NCBI RefSeq assembly: GCF_009914755.1
Contig: NC_060928.1
Length of the DNA stretch: 64,000 bases
Origin: the human T2T-CHM13v2.0 reference genome, Homo sapiens
Strand: one strand, 5' to 3'
The position numbers were made by a program, and so were the translations under genes. A model generated the notes under the pieces. That model was not told the DNA's origin and did no database searches. It saw nothing but the letters and a program-made list of their open reading frames with translations. Shown here in pieces: positions 28,924 through 49,592 of this stretch. The first letter of the stretch is position 1; every line of letters starts with the position of its first letter.

Positions 28924-31900
28924 CTTATATTGTTCAAGTCTCATGTCCTGCCTATCAGGGATGTTTTCGGACCCTACATGGGAAGCCCTTGGCCCGTTTG
29001 AAGGTCGGGTCAGGGGGCGGCTGAGGCTGTCCAGGGCAGTGGTCAAGGGCTTGGGGAAGCGGAGGTAGACTCACCAGGTGCTGGTGCTCAGAGGGGCCGG
29101 GGAACACCCACGCCCTGGCCGGGCCACCCCGTCCCTCCTGGTGCTTGATGCCAAGGGGAGCGGGTCAGGCCGCGAGAGGCCCAGGGCCAGCCTGGGGAGC
29201 AGAGCTGCTCAGCGGGGCAGAGGTCCTCCTCCGGGCGCCGGGCTCAGGGCCCAGTGGCCAGATGGTTTTCTTTGCTGCAGGGAGTGCCGGCTGCGGGGGT
29301 AGGCCTGGGAGGGCTCATGCAGCTGCTCTTGGGTTTCTCTGCTGTTGTTTTTTGCTGGAAAATCAATCCTGCAAGTCCAGCTGGGCTCTGGCTGAGAGCA
29401 GCTAGGGGTGGGGATGGTGGGTGCTTCCCGACCCCCACGGGGCAAGTTCTGGGCCCACAGTGGGGAGAGAAGGCAGGATGGGGTGCAGGGCCAGCCTGGG
29501 GTGGGGCCCCGAAGAGCCTGGCTCCCTGCCCTGTGCCCTGCTTGGGCCACCCCAGAGGGACTGTCCCGACCCTCCCAACTTCCTGCCAAGGCCCCCGGAG
29601 CTGCCTGCAGCCTCCCCTTGCTCCCGTGCCCGGGGCGGAAGTCTACAGGAGACCAGAGCCCGGGTGTTCATCAGCAGCCGCAGGAGAGTTCCCCACCAAG
29701 GCGCAGTAGCCTGAGGTGCTGGGGCTGCCCGACCCTCCCCAGCTCCACCCCTCTTGCCTCTGAGCCCTACCCAAGGCCTGGAGAATCACCGCTTCCTCCT
29801 GCTCCAGGGGTTCCAGCAGGGCCCTTGGAGGATGTGCCTGCCGCGTTCTCAGCCCTCTCTGCCGACCTTTCTTGAACGGACTCTGGCCACGGTGCCAACG
29901 CGTCAACGGTCTGTCCGTCTGCTGTCCGAGCTCAGGGGCCGTCCATGCCTCCACGGCTGGCATACAGTAGCTCTGGTTTTACCCATGAGGGGGAAGCCCA
30001 GCACCCGTGCCCTCGATCACATCGCCAGTTCACAAACACACATGCGCACACGCACACGCCGCCCGCCCACCAGGCAGACACCCACACACCTGTGCACGCA
30101 CGCGCACGCCAAGCCAGCGGGCCCTGCCCCTGCCCCGGAGCCCTCAGTGTCAGAACCAGGCTGCTGTGGCTGTTTCCTCTTTAATTCGCCTGAGTTTTAT
30201 GAGCCCAAATTCATAGACCTTTGTTGCTGCATATAAACTTGAGGATAAACTTGTTGAATTTGTTCAACGTAAGCAGCTGAAATTCTGCGTGGGGTGGTGA
30301 TGAACGGCTCTAGCACTCGGTAAAAGGTATTTAAAGCGCATGTAGTTTACAACACTAACAGCCCGCCGCCCGCGAGCACAGCCCGTCTGGTCATCCGGCG
30401 GCCTCACCGTTCACCACGGTTGGCGGCCCTGGTCACTCCCACGGTCTTTACCAGCCGGGTGCCAGTGGCTGGGACCAGGTTCTGACCACTGTGCCCACTC
30501 ACTGTGGAATCGCGTGAGCAGGCCAGACCCTGCGTCGTAAGGACAGAGCAGGACACGTCCTGTCACAGGGCACCCGCTGTCTGCGACTTTGTTTCCGTTT
30601 GTTTCCGCCTCAGCTTGGGGGAGACAGTTGGCAGGCACCAGAGGCGCTCCTGTGAGGTCACCTGGCCAGTCCCAGGATTAGCTGCAGGCTTTGGCTGATT
30701 TTCTTGGGTCTTGTACACAGATGCTTGTCAGCAAATACCAGAGACTTATCTCTTCCCTTCCAACATGCAAACCTTCCTTCATGTTCTTGTCTTAAGCGTT
30801 TTGGCACAACCTCCAGCCTAATACCAGCCTCTAGGGAGATAAACAGTGCTGCCGATTTCACAGGCCAGGAAACCGAGGCTGAGGGCCCCCCACCCACCTC
30901 CTGCTACCCCGCACCCCTCCTGGGGCCTTGCTGGGCGGGGTGACTCCCCGGAGGTGGCACCAAGGGGAGGTTCGTTTCGAGGCTCAGAGCACTTTTCTGA
31001 CAGCTTTCTGTCCCTTACATCCCAGACTCAGTTACACTTCAGCGTCCCGGCTCCCTGGCCGCCAGGCTCACACCACAGACAGCCCTTGGAGGCATTCCAT
31101 TCCTGCCCCGACCCTTCAACTTGGAAACATGGAAACAATGAGGCCAGCTGAGTGGGAGCCTCCAGGCCTGTGTCCAGAGCTAGTTCCCAGTGTCTGGCTG
31201 CCTCTCAGGGCGGGGCCTGTCTCCAGCTGGAGCTGGGAGGGCGGCCCACCCTGCCAGAGGCCAGCCCCACCCTCGGCTGCCGTGGGGGCTGACCAGGGCC
31301 CAGTGACCCAGCCCAGGGCTTGCCTGTGGAGAGGCTGGAGTCAGCCGTCAGCGCGGAACTCCTGGTCTTCCCACTGCCACCTCTGCAGCCCCCACCAGAG
31401 ATATCAGAAAACATCAGCTCCAGCCTGCAGCCCAGACACTTGAAGTCACCTTGGCTGCCCCTCCTCACACCCGTGCCCACGTCAGCAAAACCAGGGCCGG
31501 CTTGTTAACCGTGTCCAGAACCCACCCTTCCCACCCTGCCCAGGCCACCTCCCTCAGTGGCCCAGGGGGCTCCAAGTTGAAGAGCCCAAGACAGGTCAGA
31601 GATGGGCTGGGCGGCCTCTGCCACTCACCTCCGGAGAGGGCAGGGAGCAGAGGCCTCAGTCATGAGGTGGGGCTGTCCTCGGCGTGGGCCTCGAGACTGG
31701 GAGCCACTGCCCATACCCAAGAGACCTCTGCGAGCACTGGGGTGCAGAGCCAGGTAGGAGGGGGCACCCCACCAAAGGCAGCAGCCCCCCCCGCTTCTTT
31801 CTGCTTTATATGGGGCAGGGAGCAAGGGGAGGTTGACACTTGGCGGATGACGCGGCAGGGTCTGGACACTTGGGGTGGCAGGATAACCCACCTGCATGCA

Positions 31901-32624
31901 GGGAAAGGCTTGGGATGGAAACATCCCGAGGGGACCCGGGTTCCCCAGCACCCGCTGCAGCCCCTCCTCGTACTACCTGGACCCGCTGCAGCCCCTTCTC
32001 ATAAATGAGTTGGGACTCTGCTGATTTGCATGGACCATGCTTCCAAAAGCAGCTCTGAGAAACCAGGAGGCTGGGATTTTGAAGAGGACGCCGGTAAACA
32101 GGCTCAGCTGTGGGCCAAGGTGAGGCATGACCCCTTTTGGCTTTTTTGCCCATTTCCGTAGGCTGGCTGACCCATGGTCTGGGGAGCTTCCTCAGCCCTG
32201 ACATCTGCTTTCCTTCCTCCTGTGGCCCACAGTCTTCCCAGGTTGCAGGCCGGCCTGCAGGAGCTATGCCAAGAAGGGAGGGGTGGGCAGTGGGGCAGGA
32301 CCTCAGCCAGTCACACCATCATCCACACAACGGCCCGGCTGGCACACTGCTTCCCTCCCACTGGGGCACTGCGGGCAGGCCGCCTCCAAGCCAGGACCCT
32401 ACAGCGTCCCACAGACCCAGTGGGCAGAGGGACAGGCCCGGTACACACAGAGACCACTGCCCAACCTGCCACTGCACTGTCTCTGGGTCTCTCTTAGGCC
32501 GCCCACTTCAGAGAGGCTGAGCTGAGCCGTGGAGGTCACCAGAGCCAGGACTGAGGCTCACCCGTGTCCTCATGAGAGAAAGTCACCAGAATAGATGCTG
32601 GGCACGCTGGCTCTTTCCAGGATT

Positions 32625-32630
32625 TTTATT
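32625..32630 (-). terminator. CTBP1 polyadenylation signal AATAAA
   Basis: tttatt on + strand; two upstream TGTA elements (32646-32660) in an AT-rich context. Confidence 0.85.
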
Positions 32631-32685
32631 TCTTTAAAATAATTCATACAAATGGTTACAGTCACAAACATGATTTTAACCAAAA

Positions 32686-32692
32686 TATTGCT
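32686..32692 (-). promoter_or_regulatory. miR-137 7mer-m8 seed match (AGCAATA) in the CTBP1 3' UTR
   Basis: + strand tattgct; complementary to miR-137 nt 2-8. Confidence 0.6.
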
Positions 32693-33402
32693 AGCCTACC
32701 ACATCAGCAGGACGGCACTGGTGCAGGCGGGGACGCTGCCACCCTCCACGTCCCCAGGACAGACGTCGATGGGCAGCGGGCACGCTGGGCACCGCCCAAG
32801 CTTTTCCTTTTGGAGCTGCTTCGTGATGCCGTCTTCATTTGGAACAAGGGGGGGTTCATGCCAAAATTAGGAAAAACAGCCTTTGTTTTGTTTTTCTAAA
32901 TTATTCTAAAAATAAGACAAGCAGGTAGAAAAAACAATGCACTGTGTGGCATAAAAAGAAAAACGGGAAGGATTCATTGTCCTGAGAAGTTTGCCAACTG
33001 CCTCATTCTGGGGCACGTTCCAACATACAAAAAAAAAAAAAACAAAAAAAAAAACCTCAAATTGACTTCCAAATGCTCCTTCAGGTTTTCTTTTTGTTGA
33101 CAGCTAAGCAAACAGATCCTTTGTAATGTTCTAAAAACTGTACACAGACAAGAACGTTCATGGGAGAATAACTACTGACTTCTTCTGCTTAACGAGGAAC
33201 GCGAAGGACACAGGGCAGAGCGCCCACAGGACGGACGACGACAAGCGACACGAGGCCCAGCGCTGCCCCCTCCCGCCTCCTGACAGCCCGGACCAGTCTC
33301 TGCAGTGCCAGGGCCACCACACAGATGCCTCCTCCACACACTCTGGTCCGAGGGTTTCCGGGCCCTCTGCCCAGGCGCCGAGGCTGGAGAGCTCCTCCCG
33401 GG

Positions 33403-33918
<516 letters not shown>

Positions 33919-34074
33919 TCATGGGCCTTTCAGGTGAGGTTGGCCTTACCAATTCTACCCAGATCCTCCAGGTCAGTCAGTGGAGACGCCGCCCCTCCCA
34001 CCAGGGGCTGTGCTGGGATCCAGGGGAAGCCTGGGGCCCTCCTGGAGGCTGTTCTGGGCCAGCGGGCCTGCTCA

Positions 34075-34473
<399 letters not shown>

Positions 34474-34476
34474 TCA

Positions 34477-34917
<441 letters not shown>

Positions 34918-35447
34918 TCAAGAGCACAGCCCCGGGACCATCAGACACACCAGGGGCTCCTGACAGCGGCGGGTGTGGGAGCCCAAGGGATTTAATCTCC
35001 AAGTCCCTCGTGGGAGGAGCCCTGATGGGGGGACATGCTGCCTGGCCCCTTCCAGCCAAAGGGTCTGTAGCCCCAGGAGCTGCAGGCTGATACTGCCCCT
35101 GTGGGGGTGTCTCCTCTTGCGGCTGAACATCCAACCCAGGGCTGCCTGGGGTCCCAAGGTGCTGTAGGGGCTGCAGGTCTGGACGGGATGCCATGACTCC
35201 ATGGCCAGGGCCCATGGGGACCACTCACAGACACTGGGGCCTCACTCTCTCCTGGCTGGTCAGGAGCCCTGCCCAAAGAAGGGCTGAGGAGGTTGAGCAG
35301 CCCCTCACAGGACCGAGGCAAGGCAGGCCTAGAGCCCGTGGCTCCATCCTCACCCCGCAGCGGGCGGCAAACTCCCCCACTGCTGGCCAGCGAGAGGCCT
35401 GAGTACAGGCAAGTGTCCGGCCTGGCAGAGGCGCCGTCTGGAGGTCA

Positions 35448-35636
<189 letters not shown>

Positions 35637-36677
35637 CTAGAAGACATAAGGACAGGCCAGGCCCAGTCAGGGATCCGCACAGGGCGGGCAGCCAGGGAAG
35701 CAAGGTGGTCACGCACGCCGTTGGGAAGGCCCAGCTCCCTAGCCCCTTCCCAGCCCCACCCTGGGCTCACCACGGCGCTAGGACTGAAGGCCTCGGGCGT
35801 GCTGCACCGCGGCCCTGACAGGCTGGCTGAGGATCTGCCCTGTATGGACCTGCACGGCCCCACAGCTCCTAGAGAGCTCCACCCTCCTGCCCAAGCCCTG
35901 AGCTGAGGACTGGGCGGGGGCTCCTGGCTTGGTCCCCCTGTGGTACCCCTTTTCTGGGTCCCCTCCAGCCCAGCCTCCCCCACGCAGGGCCTCAGCCCAC
36001 GAGGTGGGACTCCCTGGGACGGCAAAGCCCAGGGCCGTCTGTTCTGAGGCGTGGTCTTTGACTCCAACCCCAGCGGGGCCTGCAGCAGAGCCTCCGTCTT
36101 CGGAACAGGCTCGCTTTTCATGCACTTTTGCAAAAAGCCCTGCGGGTGGCTCTCCCTCGGCTTCGTGGCCAGGGCTTTCCTGCAGCCCCCCCATTTCATT
36201 CCAAGAAGTCCACCCAGCCACGGTGCTTGGCTGACAGCTGGGCAGGTCACGGTGGCTTTTCTTTGGTGCACTGCTGCCCATTAAAGCCTCACACCCAAGG
36301 TCCTCAGGGACGGCAGGGCTCTGACCAGCATCCACGTGCCACACCCTGTCCCCTAGAAGGCTCCAAACCCACTGACTCTGTGAACAAAGGAAGGGGCAGC
36401 GGGAACCTGGCCTCATCCTCCTTGTGGCTACAGGCTGCTGGGGCAGCTAGAGTGGGCGGGTGGCCTCTGACACGTGTGTACACACATGCACATACATACA
36501 AGCTCATACAAACATGCAGACACATGCACCCACGCACACTTGCCCACATACATACACATCACTGTGCACACACGATGACTCCCTGAAGGGCCTGGAGCCA
36601 GCGGGAGGCAGCCATCCCCAGCTCCACCCACTCAAGGGGAACGCAGGGCTGAGGCTGCACTGCGAGCTGTGCTGAGG

Positions 36678-36800
36678 CAGAGGCCGACCTGAGCACAGCC
36701 CGTTCCAGCTGCAGATGTCAGAGGCCGACCTGAGCACAGCCCTTTCCAGCTGCAGATGTCAGAGGCCGACCTGAGCACAGCCCGTTCCAGCTGCAGATGT
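36678..36800 (+). repeat. 41-bp tandem repeat x3
   Basis: Unit CAGAGGCCGACCTGAGCACAGCCCGTTCCAGCTGCAGATGT. Confidence 0.95.
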
Positions 36801-36949
36801 GAAACCTGAACCTGGCAGCACGGAAGTCACAAGGGCCGACCCAACGCCCCCAGGTAGCTGCATCTGTCCCCACTGTGACAACAGCAAGGGCTTCAGGGGA
36901 ATTTGGTGTTCAAAGGTATGAGGTTCTGTCTTGTCCAGAGAGTATTTTA

Positions 36950-37402
<453 letters not shown>

Positions 37403-38929
37403 TCACCCGTGGCCGGGAGGCCGGCCCCGAAAGCCAGGGTCGGAGTGGCCTCTGTGCCTCAGTTTGACCATCTGCCAAGGATGACACCAGCTGTGGTCAA
37501 GCCAAGGTGCCCACGCACGCTCCACACGAGCGCTCCACGTCCGCTCCAACGCGCCCACTGCCAAGGCGGAGGAGATGCACAGGGGTGGAAAGGGTACACT
37601 AGCCCCTCGGCCCACACCAGCTGCCAGCCACACCACTCCCCTGCAGCCTGTCCACAGGACGTGACATGAACCACTCAGTGTCAAACGGACTGGTCAGTGG
37701 GTCTCCACCCACCCAACACATGTCCTCCGTGCCCAGGCCCCTCCGCTGGCCTTTCGATCCACCCATCAATGTTTCCGGCATCTCAATTCCAGCCACCACT
37801 ACGTGGAGACGGCAAAGGGGGCAGGAGGGAAACTTCCAGACCAGGGAGGCCCCGCTGGGCTCAGGTCCTGACCCCTTCGAGTGGAGCGGCAGAGAAAGCC
37901 ATCCCAGGCAGACGTGCCTGCCCCCACCCCAGCAGTCCAAGGCTGGCACGGGTCCCAGCACAGGAGCCGTGGAGCTTGAGCCACCGTGTCTGGCTGGGGC
38001 CGGCTCCTCCTCGGGGAAGGGTCTGCAGGGTGCTCGTGCCCACTGTGAGCCAACAGCATGGCTGCAAAGGACACAGGACCCCAAGCCCGCGAACGTGGTG
38101 TCTCCTGCATTGCCTCAGAGGGAACCGCTACACAGGAAGGAAGCAGGTTGAGCGCCGGGGCGGGTGGGAAGTGGGCGCAGTTTCAAAGGCGGCAGCCAGG
38201 GCAGGCCTCCCTGAGAAGACCAAGCTTGCTGGAGACATAAGGGGACAGGAAGGGAGCCAGAGAGCTGGAACAACACGTGCGAGGGGCCCGCGGCGGCCTG
38301 AGGGCCAAGGAGACCAGACCGCCAGGCACACAGGGTGGCCGGACGTGGCCCAAACGCCCAGGGGACCCCCAGTCACTCTGGGAAGAGGACTGGGGGAGGC
38401 TGGGAGGCCAGTCAGAAGAGCTGAGGACCGTCTAAACGCACTACATCCTAGAAAGGGAGGCGCCTGTTCTACGAGAAGGAACATGGTGGCTCCTTCCATC
38501 CCCAGGGACGAGGCTGCTGCAGGAGGGAGGAGGGCTCGGCAGGCGGAGGTGGGAGCAGCAGTTCTGAGGGTTGCAGCCACGGCCGGAGTACCCGGGCAGC
38601 TCCCCAGGTGCAGAACAGCCCGTCTGTCAACGCCCCCTGCCAGGGATCCCACCAAATGGGGAGGAAGAGAACACAGGCAGACACAGAGAAAGGCGTCTCC
38701 CACAGCGCAGAAGGCGGACGACACGCTGTTTCCCACTGCGCACAACACAAAGCCCCGGAAGTCGGGCTGCCGGTGGCGAAAACCAGCTAAAGCCGCGGGC
38801 CGGCGCCGGCCACGCCTGACACGGGAGAGCAGCGGCTGTTCGGGGCGAGACCATTCTTCACTTCTGTCTCTGCCATTCTCTTCCACATGATGTCTGGCTT
38901 AGGATAAGAAATTATGATGATGCAGGTGA

Positions 38930-42800
<3,871 letters not shown>

Positions 42801-45294
42801 GGCTGCGTGCCCGTGATCCCACCTCGGCACAGCTGGGGAAGGCCCTCTGCTCTAGGAAGCGGGACCCGGGTCCTCGCAGGGTCGTCGCGGGGCCGCCACG
42901 GGAGAAGGGGGCCCGAGGGAGCTGTCTGTGTGCAGGAGCCTGCTCTGTCAACGTGCTGGCGGGTTCATGGGGTGAATGTGTACAATGTTTTCCTGTGTGC
43001 ACCTAAGACAGTGCATTTTTCAGAAGGAAGGAAGGAAGGGAAGGAGGGAGGAAAGAAAGAAACAAGAAGGAGATGTAAGTCACGGGCACCAGAGCCTCGT
43101 AGAGCAGAGGAAGCGGCCGCCCCCTAGTCTGCGCCGAGTGGCACCAACACCGTGAGCCACACGCTGCCCAGGGCTTCCACATTCCTGTAGCCACCACACA
43201 CGCGGATTCCACGCTAAGAACAACCCAGACAGTGTGTGCACAGCAGAGGGCAGATGGGGACATGCACACCCTGGGAGAGCCTGAGTGGCTGGTGCCCAGC
43301 ACCGGCCCCGCCTGGAGCATGAGGCTCTTCCACAGAGGGTGGGATGGGGCTCAGGGACAAGGGCGAGGGGCGGGGCGGGGGACGGGACGCAGGTGTTCTG
43401 CAGTCAAGGGTGCCAGGTGGGCAGCCGGGGTGGGGTAGGGGTCCCGTCCACAAGGTAGAGGCTGCAGCGTCAGGGGGCTCGTGTCCCTAAGGACAGAACT
43501 GCTCTCCTCAGCTCCCGAGGCCGAGGGAGCGCTGACCTGGCCTGGTTCATCACAAGATCACCACAGACAGAGGGGCCCGCGCCGAGAGCGAGGGAAGCAG
43601 CTGCCCCCCAGCAGCTCCAGGGGGGCCTGCCCGAGAGCCCACAGGACGACCTGGGCCAGTGCAGGGCAGAACGCCCATGGTAAACCCCCACAACCTGCCA
43701 GGTCCACCCTGCACTCCCCAGGACGCCGGGGTCCCCGCACCTGCAGTCCCCACCCACACTCCTCAGGCCAGGCCTGGGCGGGGGCCCTGGCAGGTGGGGT
43801 CCTTAACGAACGGGGTGGCCACAGCCCTACCCTCTGAGGGCATCCCGACCTGGGTGTTCCAACCCCCACTCAGCACGGGGCCCTGGGAGGGGCTGGTTGG
43901 GCCCAGCTCCACAATCAGCCTGGGAAGGCGCCGCCCTCAGGCCTCAGAGTGGCCACGGGAAGAGCCCGGGGCCTTCAGGGCCGGGACCACAGACCCCGAC
44001 CCCAGGAGAGACAGGACACATGACTCTGGGGGCAACACACCCACCTACTCTTACCAGGGGAACTACAGACATCCCTGGCCACACAGACACAGCCCATACC
44101 CCCCCCACATCCCACAGTCCCTCGTACACCTCAGGTGAGGTGTCAGACCTGTGGCTGCAGGACAGGCGGTGACCTGCAGGCAAGGCACACATGAGGCGCC
44201 TCCTGTCCTGTGGGCTTGCTCTGGAGACAGCGGAGGCACCGCCCCTGGACAAGGCCAGCAGGCAGTCCACGAATCTGAAGGTCCACAGAGCCCCGAGTCC
44301 CCGGCCCCTCCCGACCTCTGCCCCCACCTGGGCTTCCTGCCCACCCTCCCTCCTCCCCTCAACAAACCACACATGCGGGCCATGGCCCTGACATAGGAGG
44401 GGCCGCCCAGGCCTCAGATGGGCAGAGGTATGAGGAACAGGCACCTCAGGGCTCTGGGATCCTCACAGGCTCCAGCCAGCCCTGGGGTCCTGGTGGGGGC
44501 ACCAGCAAGACCGTGAGAGACGTGTCCAGGAAGAGACAGGCACGTGTTCCATGCACATCCGTGAACCAACCTCTCCCACTAACCTAGGTGTGGCCGCCTC
44601 ACCGAGACCACCCGAAACGTCCGATTCCCCAAACGCTGGCGGGACAAGGACAGCGGTCAGCAGGAGTGGGCTGCCTGGATGTTTGGGAAGCGGGGGGCCG
44701 GCCGGTCAAGGGGAGTCCCTGGCATGGCAAGGCCCTTGCATCCCCATGGGGCCTCCTGAGGAACCCGCGATCTGGGGAGACAGGCAGCTGGGCCAAGGTG
44801 TCCAGGGAGTCTTCAGAAAAGGTACACCACCCCCGCCCACCCTCTCAGGGAGCACCTTCCCACCCCACACCTGGGCCCCGCCCAGATGCTCCCCCTCCCT
44901 CACGGGGCCCCTCACCTGGCCTCTCCCAGCTCTACTTTCCCTTAAGACATGGCTCTACTCCCAGGATCTCACACACGCACACACACACGTGCACAAACAT
45001 GCACACGCTTGCCGCTCTGAGCTCAACCTGGGCCTGGCTGTGTGGGGCCGGTTCACCGCTGCATGCCGGACCCAGGACAGTGCTGGGCCCAGGATAGGCG
45101 GCTGCAAAGCGAGTGGGCAAATGAAGAGCGAGGGGTCGCTGAAAGGCAAACCACTCCCCGGGGATAGGGCCAGCGCCAGGGGCAGCTGCTGGTGACCACG
45201 GAGGAAGCCCACGGCTGCCCGAACCCCGGCCCCAGCAGGATCTACACAGCCAGCTCCAGGGGACTCAAGGGGCGAGCACGTGCTAGACCGTGGT

Positions 45295-46888
<1,594 letters not shown>

Positions 46889-48284
46889 TCACAGGTCGGG
46901 CGCAACAGAGCAACTCCAGGAGCCCCACCTCCACTTTAGGTTCACGTGGCAGCACACACACGGCAACTGCTCGGTGTGTGGTAGGGCTGGGGTGTGAGAC
47001 GCTGCCCTGACCCCTCCCGACTCAGCGCTGGCAGCCCAGGAAGAGACAAGCACGTGTCTCCCCGCGTCACCTCGCCACCCCGATTCCTCTCGGGGGTACC
47101 CTGCTGGGAGGCTGTGGCCAGGTCAGAATCTGGGTGCCGGCCCCGCCTGCACACCCCTACGTGGACATCCGCACATGTCCTCAGGCCTCCCCCAGGCCCA
47201 GCCGGGCCCCGAAGCCCCTTCCGCCCTCCATGCCCCACCCCTGCAGTCGGTAACACTGAAGCTGGAGCCATTCCTGGAAAGCAAGTCCATCCCATTTCTC
47301 CCGAGTGGCCAGGCACGCCCATGTGTGACCCCTACTCCCCGCTCCCGGCCTTGTCCCCAGAGACAGGCCCTTCCCCAGCCAGTGCCCCTCCCTGAGCCTA
47401 TTTACCCTCATCCCTGCCTTGTCCCTGGCCAGGGCCGCCCCTGCACGGCACTTCCCACCCCATCCGGATGATTGCATTCCTGTGTCCGACTGGCCATCCG
47501 TCTCCCTGGGGAGGAGGAGGGGGCAGGAGGCCAGGACAGGGCTGCATTCATAGGCCCGGAAGCTGGACAGGACCGTGTGGTTCCGCAAGGGGTCCCGGGG
47601 GCCGGGAGAGGGCCTGACGTGGGGCGGCGCAGGCAGGGGCTGCATAGCCCCTAGACACAACTCACTTGGACGTAAAAATGTTAAACAAGGGAGACTGAGG
47701 GAGAGCCAAGCCAGGCGCCACACGAGATTGGAACAAAGACCTCCTGAGGGTGGGCCAGATCCCAGGGGTGCCCCAGACCATCCCTGGCTGAAGAACAGAG
47801 CCCAGGCCTGGGAAACTCCACGGGTAACAGAGATGGTAAACAGCAGGGACCCCTCAAAAAGCACCAGGCATGCACCCGACACCACACACCCAGGCCTGCA
47901 CCCGACACCGCAGCCGGCCCTTCCTGGGACGCCACCACAGAGACAAAGGCGGGAGGCGGCTGGCACACAGGTTTGGCCCATGGGCGCCGGCGGAAGCAGC
48001 TGAAGCCAGTGCAGGAGACCCCCAGATGGAGGCATGGCTTCCGACACCACCTGCGTCCCCCGCAGGAACACAGACGGTTCCAACTTTGCAATGCCATAAA
48101 CTGTATCCTAGGAAAAGGGAAGCAAAACCGTGAGGCGCTGGCCAACTGTGGGCAAGGGCAGGGTACAACCTCGCCTGTTACCAGCATCGAGAGGAGGAGA
48201 AAAAACAGACCGAGCCTGGCAGAAAACAGAAAGTGCGCTCCAAGCAGGACGGCCAAGCACCGCCCCAAGTTTGTTCTAATGAGT

Positions 48285-48970
48285 GTCTGTACATGGATGC
48301 AGACACATGTGCATGTTCCATGTGCGTGTAGGTGCACGGGTGCAGACGTGCGTGTTCCATGAGTGTTCCATATGCTGAGTGCACAAGCAGAGGTGCATGT
48401 GTTCTGTGTGATGAGCATGTGATCCATGTGCTGAGTGCGTGTGCACAGGTGCAGATGAGTGTGCGTGATCCGTGTGCTGAGTGCATGTGCACGGGTGCAG
48501 ATGAGTGTGCGTGTTCCATGTGCTGAGTGCACATGCACGGCTGCAGATGTGCGTGTTCTGTGTGTGTTCTGTGTACTGAGTGTGCGTGATCCGTGTGCTG
48601 AGTGCGTGTGCACGGGTGCAGATGAGTGTGCAGGATCCGTGTGCTGAGTGCATGTGCACGGGTGCAGATGAGTGTGCGTGTTCCATGTGCTGAGTGCACA
48701 TGCACGGCTGCAGATGTGCGTGTTCTGTGTGCTGAGTGTGCGTGATCCGTGTGCTGAGTGCATGTGCACGGGTGCAGATGAGTGTGCAAGATCCGTGTGC
48801 TAACTGCATGTGCACGGGTGCAGATGAGTGTGCGTGTTCCATGTGCTGAGTGCACATGCACGGATGCAGATGTGCGTGTTCCGTGTGTGTTCTGTGTGCT
48901 GAGTGTGCGTGATCCATGTGCTGAGTGCACAGGTGCAGACGTGTGTGTTCTGTGTGCTGAGTGCACACGT
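48285..48970 (+). repeat. TG-rich minisatellite (gtgctgagtgcatgtgcacgggtgcagatgagtgtgc)
   Basis: Direct reading. Confidence 0.9.
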
Positions 48971-49274
48971 ACTGGGTTGCAACACGCTGCTGTTCCCGCT
49001 GTGTCTCGGGACAGAGACCTATGAGCCCTATTACAGCCATACACTGACGGCCCTGCCCTCACCCCCAGGGTCCCAGTACCCAAGCAAGGGGCACCAGCCA
49101 GACATGCATGCAGACCTGTGTGAAGCCACAGCTGGATTTCCTGCTGCCCAAAAGAGAGGAAGTGCCCTGAGATGAGGCTCTGTGAGGAACTGAATGGCTG
49201 CAACCTCATGCCGGCCCCAGACGGGACCACGAACCACCGCCAGCCACACCAGGCAATGTGCAACGGGGTCCTCA

Positions 49275-49592
<318 letters not shown>

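Larger units (their letters stand above)
32608..33402 (-). other. CTBP1: CTBP1 3' UTR (end approximate)
   Basis: Lies between the stop codon and AATAAA; U-rich tracts on the mRNA strand. Confidence 0.8.

Noticed and set aside
28621-29068. ORFs with perfect 15-aa repeats
   Set aside because: Direct consequence of a 45-bp unit divisible by three
37697-38890. 397-aa + strand ORF in a CTBP1 intron (similarly 52230-53192 and 13150-14184)
   Set aside because: GC-driven Arg/Ala/Gly/Pro composition, no family resemblance, and overlapping ORFs in other frames
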